A DNA stretch of 64,000 nucleotides, from IMG/VR virus record IMGVR_UViG_3300028393_000019, positions 186,001-250,000 of that record; one strand, written 5' to 3'. The notes below the pieces were generated by a model. The model was not told where the DNA came from. It did no database searches and saw only the letters and a program-made list of their open reading frames with translations. The first letter of the stretch is position 1. Each line of letters opens with the position of its first letter. Below, piece by piece: positions 57,184-64,000 of this stretch. The position numbers and the translations under genes were made by a program.

Positions 57184-59423
57184 TTGATGTTAACGGTTGT
57201 CCCCGATGTAGCAGTTGGGGCAATCCTAACAGCATTAAATGTTGGAATACCGTTAGCATCAGTATTGTTTAGCCCCTGTGCATCTGCGGCGCTAGATTGT
57301 ACTTGTATATAAATTGTATAAGGATAAGTTTGTCCAGTAGGCATGTTTACTATCCATTCTGGCGCACATAATAAATTGAAAAAACTTTGTCCACTAGTCT
57401 GCGCAATACGTTCAACTAACATTCTTTCTTGAGCCACACCACTGTTCAAAAGTTCCCCAGTTCCTGATGTACCGCTACTGAATAGTCCGCATTTAATGAA
57501 TTCTGCGGCACCGCTTGCCCTAATACGTAAATTAGCCCACACACGCCATATACCCGAGCTTGGTATTACTATACTACCTAAACTGACCCAAGTTGTTGAA
57601 GTAAATGCCACAGCGGACAAGTTAGCGGTTACATAGGACAAGTTAGGTGTATAGTTGTTGATAGTAGTAGCACCACCGCCTGTACTTGAACCAATAGTAA
57701 TGTTTGTAGTTGATCCGCTTACACCTCCAGTACCAATGTTTATGGCTTTGGTGGTCGCTGAAAGTGTTGCACCTGTGGCAAAATTATATGTACTTGCACC
57801 AGTTGATGCTGTAAACATGTTTACAGTTTGAGCACCTGTTGCTGTATTTGCCAAACTGTATGTTGTTGCCGCGCCAAATTCAGCAACAGTTGTTGCCGCA
57901 TTTGCTAAGTTAAGAGTAGTTGCGGCTCCTAATAATGCTACAGTGCCATTCGGAGTAGCAAATGCGCTAGTCAATCCTGTAGTACCATCTATACTTGTTA
58001 GTCCAGCTAAGGTAGTTGATGATCCACCTAACGAAACCGCAGTGCTACCAAATGTCACTGAGCTATTGGCCAACATGGTGTTTGATACTGTGCCTGTATC
58101 ACCAGTGCCAATTAGTGTGCCTGTTGTGATTGGTAAGGATAAAGTTGGAGTACCTGCTGTAGCTGTTGCTTGTACTGTTACCGTACCGCTGGTACTGCCG
58201 GGAAACGCTACTGAACTGATACCGGTCAAAGCCAGATTGGCCGTAGCTCTATTGATAGCCACACTGGTTGTACCTATGAACATTGTTTGATTATTCAAAG
58301 GCACAGTACCAGTTGTGCTTGGTAATGTAATTGTTGTTGAATCAGTACCGGCTAGCGTAATAGTGTTACTAACTGAAAATGTTTTACCATCTGCCACTGC
58401 CAGTGTTGAACCGGTAGCTGGTGCAGTAATTGCCATCTTGTTGACACTGGTAGCAGTAGCTACTCCTAGTGTGGGAGTGGTCAATGATGGACTTGTTGCC
58501 AGTACCACATTACCTGTACCAGTTGAACTGGTCAATGTAGGCGCTTGAGCAACAGAACCAGTACCAGTTGATGTTAAGAACTGCGGTGTTGTTGATGTGT
58601 TGCCAGTAACAAACAATGTGGTATTTGCGGCTGACTGATATGGAATATAGCCGACTGCTCCGCCAGTTATGCCCGCGGCATAGCCATCAATACTGGTAAT
58701 ACCAGTCAATGCCAAACTTGCACTGGCACGATTGATAGCCACACTGGTTGAACCTATGAAAAATGTTTGGTTGTTTAACGGCACTGTACCAGTTGTGCCG
58801 GGCAATGTTATTGTTGTTGAATCAGTGCCAGCTAAGGTAATTGTGTTTTGCACTGCAAATGTTTTAAGATTGGTCAGTGTAAATGTACCTGTACTAGATG
58901 TAATTGTTAGTCCGTTCAAACTGGTAGCAGTTGCAACACCTAATGTAGGAGTTACTAGCGAAGGACTTGTTCCAAATACTACGTTACCTGTTCCGGTAAC
59001 ACCGGTTGATGTTATTCCATCTAGAGAAAATGTACCGGCTGCACCTAGCACCAAGTTGTTTACATTAAGTGTACCAGTTCCCGGATTATAACTCAACGGA
59101 GTAGTTGTGCTTTCATAGTAGAGTGTACTACTAGTATAGGTGCCTGTAGCAGGATTAAATGTTCCAGGTGCTGTGGTGAACACAGGGTAATAAGTACCAG
59201 CTGAGTTCTGTGCTGTAATCGTTGTTAGTGCGCCTGTACCGTTACCAGTGTTTGTAATGGTGATTTTACGGTTTGCAGTATCTGAAGTAAGCGTAATACC
59301 GAACCCGCCCACTATGGTAAGTGTACCGCCCACGCCGGGTGCTGTTAATGTTCCGTCAACTTCCCCTGCGTTTGTGCCGCTGGTTGCGACATAACGGAAA
59401 GCATCTGCAATGGCTACTGACAT
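57180..59423 (-). CDS. Gly/Thr/Ser-rich tail fibre-like protein
   Basis: Low-complexity beta-rich repeats (TPTLGVATAT) and an internal duplication. Confidence 0.7.
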   Translation of the reverse strand: MSVAIADAFRYVATSGTNAGEVDGTLTAPGVGGTLTIVGGFGITLTSDTANRKITITNTGNGTGALTTITAQNSAGTYYPVFTTAPGTFNPATGTYTSSTLYYESTTTPLSYNPGTGTLNVNNLVLGAAGTFSLDGITSTGVTGTGNVVFGTSPSLVTPTLGVATATSLNGLTITSSTGTFTLTNLKTFAVQNTITLAGTDSTTITLPGTTGTVPLNNQTFFIGSTSVAINRASASLALTGITSIDGYAAGITGGAVGYIPYQSAANTTLFVTGNTSTTPQFLTSTGTGSVAQAPTLTSSTGTGNVVLATSPSLTTPTLGVATATSVNKMAITAPATGSTLAVADGKTFSVSNTITLAGTDSTTITLPSTTGTVPLNNQTMFIGTTSVAINRATANLALTGISSVAFPGSTSGTVTVQATATAGTPTLSLPITTGTLIGTGDTGTVSNTMLANSSVTFGSTAVSLGGSSTTLAGLTSIDGTTGLTSAFATPNGTVALLGAATTLNLANAATTVAEFGAATTYSLANTATGAQTVNMFTASTGASTYNFATGATLSATTKAINIGTGGVSGSTTNITIGSSTGGGATTINNYTPNLSYVTANLSAVAFTSTTWVSLGSIVIPSSGIWRVWANLRIRASGAAEFIKCGLFSSGTSGTGELLNSGVAQERMLVERIAQTSGQSFFNLLCAPEWIVNMPTGQTYPYTIYIQVQSSAADAQGLNNTDANGIPTFNAVRIAPTATSGTTVNIN
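58221..58998 (-). repeat. Internal duplication of about 100 aa, period about 480 nt
   Basis: TGTGNVV...TITLAGTDSTTITLP.TTGTVPLNNQT.FIG.TSVAINRA at about 58701-58998 and 58221-58524. Confidence 0.85.
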
Positions 59424-59443
59424 AAAAAGTCCTCTTTATATGA

Positions 59444-59474
59444 TATTTAGTGTAATTTGGGCTTAAGATAAATA
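59444..59474. promoter_or_regulatory. Divergent late-type promoter pair between the two fibre genes
   Basis: TAAATA on minus (59444-59449) and plus (59469-59474). Confidence 0.6.
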
Positions 59475-59492
59475 CTTGAAAGAGAACCCTAT

Positions 59493-60944
59493 ATGGCCCA
59501 ACTATTAAATGTAACAGAAGACGGCACCGTCATAATGGACAAAGTAGCCCTGAAATACACATCAGGGAGCATAATCCATTCTGGAAGTCTTGAAGTAATC
59601 AACTCTGTACAGATCGACAACAATCTAGTTGTTGCTGGAACCATCACGGCCGACACGTTCAATGTTAAGAATTTAATCACAGAAAACGGCAGTCTAGCAT
59701 CTGTAGGCAATTGGATTTACAACTCAGAAGCTGAACTAAACGGCAAAGGTTTTACCTGGAGCTGGGGTACTGGACAAACACAACTGGTGTATCGTTCGGG
59801 TAGCAGAATTTGGGCCAACGCTAGTTTTGACATCACAGCAGAATCCAGTTACCGTATTGACAACATTGCTGTGCTTACCAGTAACAGTTTGGGTGCCACT
59901 ATTACCAACAGTAGCCTGACCAGTATAGGCACTCTAAATTCACTTGCAGTGTCCGGCAGTAGCACATTTGCAGACTTTGTTTACATTGACAGCGACAGTA
60001 ATAGAATTGGTATAGGCACACCCGAGCCCAACAGTTCGCTCAGTATTTTAGACAACAACGTGGAACTCACTATAGGCAGTCCGCAGATCAGTCTAGGTGC
60101 CATTGGTACACACAGCAGTCACGATCTTGCTATTGTTACAGACAATATTCCACGTATCACAGTCAAGAATATGGGCGAAGTGCAGATAGGCAACGCTCAA
60201 AGCAACGGTGCTGTGCTACGTGTTTACGGTACTATCTATGCTGATCGTATCGAATCAGCTGGCAGCACAGGCATACCAAAAAGCGTAGAATTCGTATCCA
60301 CGCAAGAATCCAGTATGTTTGGTACAGGTCTAGTATGGACCAGTGGTGCTTTATCACATCAGTTGGTCATGATGGATCATCCTCGCAGACTTTGGACTAC
60401 AGAAAACTTTGATCTTGACAAAGATCGCTCGTATCATATCAACGGTGAAGTGGCCCTTAGCGCCGGCACCCTGGGATCATCTATCACTATCAGCAATTTG
60501 ACCAAATTAGGCATACTGAGTGATCTGCACGTGAGCGGTCCTGCAGTGGTAAAATCAATCACAGCTGGATCTCTAACAGTGGATAACACAGTGTATGGAT
60601 CCGGTGGCTTCTCATATGAAGGACAACCAGTGATCACAGCCTATGGCAATCAAACTATCATAGGCAATAGAGATGTACAAACTGCTCCGGTCAAGATATT
60701 TGGACCGTTGAGCGTGAATGTAAACAATCCAGAACCGGGTGTACAGTTCAGCGTCAACGGTGATGTCAGTATCGGCGGCAAAAAGTTTACCAATGGTATA
60801 GGTGTTCCAAGTAGTGGTACATTTACACAGGGCGACATTTGCTGGAACATAGGACCGCAGCCAGGCGGATATGCGGGTTGGATTTGTACAGCCAGTGGAA
60901 CCCCAGGAGCATGGGCGCCGTTTGGATTGATTGCTAGCCAATAG
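59493..60944 (+). CDS. Virion fibre/structural protein
   Basis: Two SxLTxxGxLxxLxVSG repeats, IGIGT motif, C-terminal PGGYAGWICTASGTPGAW. Confidence 0.6.
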   Translation: MAQLLNVTEDGTVIMDKVALKYTSGSIIHSGSLEVINSVQIDNNLVVAGTITADTFNVKNLITENGSLASVGNWIYNSEAELNGKGFTWSWGTGQTQLVYRSGSRIWANASFDITAESSYRIDNIAVLTSNSLGATITNSSLTSIGTLNSLAVSGSSTFADFVYIDSDSNRIGIGTPEPNSSLSILDNNVELTIGSPQISLGAIGTHSSHDLAIVTDNIPRITVKNMGEVQIGNAQSNGAVLRVYGTIYADRIESAGSTGIPKSVEFVSTQESSMFGTGLVWTSGALSHQLVMMDHPRRLWTTENFDLDKDRSYHINGEVALSAGTLGSSITISNLTKLGILSDLHVSGPAVVKSITAGSLTVDNTVYGSGGFSYEGQPVITAYGNQTIIGNRDVQTAPVKIFGPLSVNVNNPEPGVQFSVNGDVSIGGKKFTNGIGVPSSGTFTQGDICWNIGPQPGGYAGWICTASGTPGAWAPFGLIASQ

Positions 60945-60946
60945 AG

Positions 60947-60974
60947 TTGACCTTTACAGTTAAATCTGTATAAT
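60947..60974 (+). promoter_or_regulatory. Sigma70 promoter of queD
   Basis: TTGACC-16 nt-TATAAT. Confidence 0.65.
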
Positions 60975-60980
60975 TACTAT

Positions 60981-61053
60981 ATGCGGACTTAGGCATTCAT
61001 CCCGCAATATAAACTCTGCATGCCATTGCTTAATCAAGGAGATTACAATGGCA
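60981..61053 (+). ncRNA. Candidate riboswitch-like 5' leader (H-type pseudoknot plus start-codon-sequestering hairpin)
   Basis: P1 TGCGG/CCGCA, P2 GGCAT/ATGCC, A-rich linker; competing hairpin TGCCATTG/CAATGGCA plus TAATC/GATTA. Confidence 0.5.
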
Positions 61054-61533
61054 AAATTTTACTCAACAAAAACTTACGGAAACGACCGCGGCTTATCATG
61101 CTGTTTTAGACAATGGCGTGCCACACACAGCCACTGCTCGACACTACATGGTTACTCAATCGGCATCAAGCTAATCTTTGAATGCGATACACTAGATGAC
61201 AAAAACTGGTGTATGGACTTTGGTGGGCTTAAAGAATTTAAAGCGTGGGCAGACTATATGTTTGATCACACGTTAGTAATCGCAGAAGATGATCCTCACT
61301 TAGAAACATTCCAAAAACTAAATGCAATTAAGGGCGGTTTTGAAGACAGCGGAATATGTGATCTACGCATTGTGCCCGGAGTAGGCTGTGAAATGTTTGC
61401 TAAAATAGCCTACGATAAAATGGCTGAACTTTTGGCAAGTGGTGATATGCGTTATCCAATTAATCCAACAGTAAGAATCAAATCGGTCGAGGTGTTCGAA
61501 CATGGCGCAAATTCGGCTACCTACGAAGGTTGA
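61048..61533 (+). CDS. queD: 6-carboxytetrahydropterin synthase / PTPS family
   Basis: SCCFRQWRATHSHCSTLHGY, MDFGGLK, FDHT, VEVFEH. Confidence 0.85.
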   Translation: MAKFYSTKTYGNDRGLSCCFRQWRATHSHCSTLHGYSIGIKLIFECDTLDDKNWCMDFGGLKEFKAWADYMFDHTLVIAEDDPHLETFQKLNAIKGGFEDSGICDLRIVPGVGCEMFAKIAYDKMAELLASGDMRYPINPTVRIKSVEVFEHGANSATYEG

Positions 61534-61747
61534 TTTTTATATTGAGTGGCTCGCTACTGTATCATTTTTATGTTCAGTGGCGTTGACCTCTCTTAACTAC
61601 TATCCAACTTATCTATATATCAGTCTATTAACCAATGTACTTTGGTTAATAGTAGGTATTATCTGGCGCAAATGGTCGCTCATAACAGTTGAATTTGTCG
61701 TCTGTTTCATGTATACTATAGGTATTATAAACTACTGGCTACACTAA
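61502..61747 (+). CDS. Small multi-pass membrane protein
   Basis: Three hydrophobic segments; true start probably slightly downstream. Confidence 0.5.
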   Translation: MAQIRLPTKVDFYIEWLATVSFLCSVALTSLNYYPTYLYISLLTNVLWLIVGIIWRKWSLITVEFVVCFMYTIGIINYWLH

Positions 61748-62772
61748 TGAAACGTCTCGGCTTTGCCTGCAAGTGGATCGATCGTCCAGATCAAGTGGAC
61801 GGTATCAGTCCAAAAGACGATGCAAAAAAATACAACACTGGTTCGACTACAGTTTCTTGGTTAAATAGACAATCGAGAGATCAAGCGGAACAAAAGTTAT
61901 GGGACCTAATGGTAGGCAATATCGAGGCAACTCGAAAGTTGGTAGAACGTGTCAGCACACTTGACCCTCATCTTAGGATGGTTAGGATTAGCAGTGACAT
62001 TCTCCCTGTTTATACTCACGCTGACTTTGCTGATTATTGGCGTAAACCTGACGTGGTTTCATACGCCGAAACCGCGTTTAAAAGAGTGGGCGATCTTGCT
62101 CGCAATAGCAATGTTCGGTTGTCTATGCATCCTGGGCAGTTTACTGTCCTGGCAAGCGATAACCCAGGCATTGTCGAACGCTCAATCGCAGAGTTCGAAT
62201 ATCACACAGACATGGCCCGCTGGATGGGCTATGGAAAGTCGTTTCAAGACTTTAAAATCAATGTACACATATCAGGTAAACAAGGTCCCGAAGGTATCAG
62301 ACGAGCCTACGGAAAACTAACACCCGAAGCTCGAAACTGTATTACAATCGAAAACGAAGAAAACTCATGGGGGCTAGATGATTGTCTCACTATTAGCGAT
62401 ATTATACCTATTGTTCTTGACGTTCATCATTTTTGGATTCGAGAAGGAAGTTACTTAGATCCTAGCGATATCCGAGTTACACGGGTTGTTGACAGCTGGC
62501 GCGGCCTTCGTCCTACTATGCATTACTCCATATCAAGAGAAGACTATCTTGTTGGACACGATCCAATGGTTCCACCAGACCATAAACAGCTTCTTTTAGA
62601 CGGTTACAAAAAGCAAAAGCTCAGAGCCCACTCTGACTTTTATTGGAATACAAAAGTTAGTGAATGGGCCTTGAGCTTTTTAGAAACACACGATATTATG
62701 TGCGAATCTAAGGGTAAGAACTTGGCTAGCTTTGCTCTATACGAGCAAGCTAAACTACTTAAACTGCTTTAG
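61747..62772 (+). CDS. uvsE: UV-damage endonuclease (UvsE/UvdE)
   Basis: RLGFAC, RISSDILP, RLSMHPGQFTVLAS, IENEE, VLDVHH, AHSD, MCESKGK. Confidence 0.93.
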   Translation: MKRLGFACKWIDRPDQVDGISPKDDAKKYNTGSTTVSWLNRQSRDQAEQKLWDLMVGNIEATRKLVERVSTLDPHLRMVRISSDILPVYTHADFADYWRKPDVVSYAETAFKRVGDLARNSNVRLSMHPGQFTVLASDNPGIVERSIAEFEYHTDMARWMGYGKSFQDFKINVHISGKQGPEGIRRAYGKLTPEARNCITIENEENSWGLDDCLTISDIIPIVLDVHHFWIREGSYLDPSDIRVTRVVDSWRGLRPTMHYSISREDYLVGHDPMVPPDHKQLLLDGYKKQKLRAHSDFYWNTKVSEWALSFLETHDIMCESKGKNLASFALYEQAKLLKLL

Positions 62773-62974
62773 GCTTACGTGGAGCACGTGGCTTTTTAAC
62801 AGCTGGTGCTTTCTTAGCCGCTGGCTTTTTCTTAGCTGGTGCCATAGATTCTACAACTGCTTGTGTAGCTTGTTCAGCAACTGCTGTAGGTGCAGGAGTT
62901 TCCACTTTATAAGGAACTTCTGCTTCTACTGCTTTAGGCTTAATACCAAATAGTTTTTTAATGTGATGTAACAT
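62759..62974 (-). CDS. Small protein with histone-H1-like Lys/Ala/Pro tail
   Basis: AKKKPAAKKAPAVKKPRAPRKPKAV; start 62974 after SD AGGAG. Confidence 0.65.
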   Translation of the reverse strand: MLHHIKKLFGIKPKAVEAEVPYKVETPAPTAVAEQATQAVVESMAPAKKKPAAKKAPAVKKPRAPRKPKAV

Positions 62975-62994
62975 AGTTAAATCTCCTAGTCCAA

Positions 62995-63009
62995 TATTTA
63001 TAATAAATA
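62995..63009. promoter_or_regulatory. Back-to-back late promoter pair
   Basis: TATAAATA on minus (62995-63002) and TAAATA on plus (63004-63009, 5 nt to ATG). Confidence 0.65.
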
Positions 63010-63014
63010 TCATT

Positions 63015-63575
63015 ATGTATAACTTTATTAGGTACGTTAGTTTAAATGAGGGCTACTCTCCCAAAACATTGGAGCAATCTCCCTTGCCATACGCCAAGGA
63101 TGATTTAGAGCCAGTCAAAAGTGAAGATACTATAAACTATCATTATGGAACACTGTACAAAGGATATGTAGATCGCTACAACAAAGGTGAAGGAGATCCC
63201 GACTTCAACGAAGCAGGTGCTTTTTTACATGACATTTATTTCAAACAGTTTCATAAACCCACAGGTAACAATCATCCCGATCACATAGCTTTGAATTTTA
63301 TCAACAAACACTTTAAGACTTTTGAAAATTTCCGAGACAAAGTGCAAAAGTCAGCTATGGGTATACAGGGGTCTGGTTGGGTATACCTGGCTCGTGATGG
63401 GTCAATCAAAACTATCAAGAATCATGAGATTCGAATGGATATCATACTGCTGATTGACTGGTGGGAACATGCTTGGGCTTTGGATTATCAAGCTGACAAA
63501 AAAGCCTACTTGCGAAACATCTACAAAATAATCAACTGGAATGTGATTGGCTCTAGAGTTGGTCGAGTGTCTTAA
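63015..63575 (+). CDS. Fe/Mn superoxide dismutase
   Basis: LPYAKDDLEP, HY, LHD, GSGWVYL, DWWEHAW. Confidence 0.92.
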   Translation: MYNFIRYVSLNEGYSPKTLEQSPLPYAKDDLEPVKSEDTINYHYGTLYKGYVDRYNKGEGDPDFNEAGAFLHDIYFKQFHKPTGNNHPDHIALNFINKHFKTFENFRDKVQKSAMGIQGSGWVYLARDGSIKTIKNHEIRMDIILLIDWWEHAWALDYQADKKAYLRNIYKIINWNVIGSRVGRVS

Positions 63576-63840
63576 GACTGCTGGCCGGCATTGACCATAC
63601 TTTTCTAGCTTCCACGCCCTTGAGCTGGGCAAACTTTTTAGCGTCACAATCACCACACACATGGTATACATTGTTGCTTAGTCGCTTGGGATCCATTGAT
63701 CCCCTATCTCGTGTAAACACTTCCTGACAACAGTCGCATCTGAACACAAGTACTTGCTTTTCTCGCACATAGGTGTGAGTAAATCCCCGATTACTGGTTC
63801 TTACATAGTGGTTTTGTCGCTGTTCTGTTCTGATATACAT
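63553..63840 (-). CDS. Zinc-ribbon hypothetical protein
   Basis: CDCC...CGDC; start moved to ATG 63840, 5 nt after TAAATA. Confidence 0.6.
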   Translation of the reverse strand: MYIRTEQRQNHYVRTSNRGFTHTYVREKQVLVFRCDCCQEVFTRDRGSMDPKRLSNNVYHVCGDCDAKKFAQLKGVEARKVWSMPASSLKTLDQL

Positions 63841-63845
63841 TAATG

Positions 63846-63881
63846 TATTTACATTAAGGTTATAAAATTCTATGCTAAATA
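63846..63881. promoter_or_regulatory. Divergent late-type promoter pair
   Basis: TAAATA on minus (63846-63851) and plus (63876-63881). Confidence 0.55.
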
Positions 63882-63898
63882 TTACAACAAGGGACAAC

Positions 63899-64000
63899 AT
63901 GATCACTATTTCTGCTTCGGCCAAGACTAAAATTAAAGATTTGATCTACGAAGAGGGCAATCCTAACCTAGCACTGCGTACATTTGTACAGGGCGGCGGG
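63899..64000 (+). CDS. A-type Fe-S carrier (ErpA/IscA/HesB), 5' part only
   Basis: MITISASAKTKIKDLIYEEGNPNLALRTFVQGGG. Confidence 0.85.
   Translation, partial: MITISASAKTKIKDLIYEEGNPNLALRTFVQGGG

Noticed and set aside
728-62953. Many short ORF-track entries antisense to or out of frame within longer genes (e.g. 728-991, 4674-5021, 23396-23815, 33674-34177, 37165-37710, 57943-58290)
   Set aside because: Shadow ORFs fully overlapping well-supported genes, with no motifs or RBS
1-64000. CRISPR arrays, integrases/transposases, introns/inteins, stop-codon reassignment
   Set aside because: No regularly spaced repeats or mobile-element motifs were seen; genes are intact in the standard code and TAA, TAG and TGA all terminate ORFs

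Overview
This window looks like part of a large (jumbo-type) tailed bacteriophage genome. It is densely packed and AT-rich, with fibre-like virion genes, T4-like late promoter motifs (TAAATA/TATAAATA) and host-type sigma70 promoters; no capsid or terminase marker lies in the window. The left 33 kb is a tailoring-enzyme island with no visible scaffold gene. It holds 8 radical SAM enzymes (one B12-binding, one with a Tes/MJ0619-like N-terminus), about 13 Fe(II)/2OG-type cupin oxygenases, a flavin halogenase-like protein, an amidinotransferase, 2 PLP enzymes, a QueC-like ATPase, AdoMetDC, a desaturase, a nitroreductase, SGNH hydrolases and a pseudokinase. The 33-46 kb stretch is sigma70-driven host-takeover cargo: an atypical tRNA, IF-1, an MBD4-like glycosylase, lipoproteins, YccA, peroxiredoxin, ClpP and DNA ligase. 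The 46.8-56 kb stretch is a nucleotide-sugar/glycosyltransferase cluster with a ninth radical SAM enzyme and split TPP E1 alpha/beta genes. The rest encodes two fibre proteins, QueD with a riboswitch-like 5' leader, UvsE, SOD and a partial ErpA/IscA. Standout observations: the queD leader with mutually exclusive pseudoknot and start-codon-sequestering hairpin; ten genes with TAAATA only 4-7 nt before ATG (likely leaderless late mRNAs); the tailoring island itself; and a Leu-bodied tRNA with an aberrant anticodon arm. All protein calls come from motifs recognised by eye; no database searches were run.
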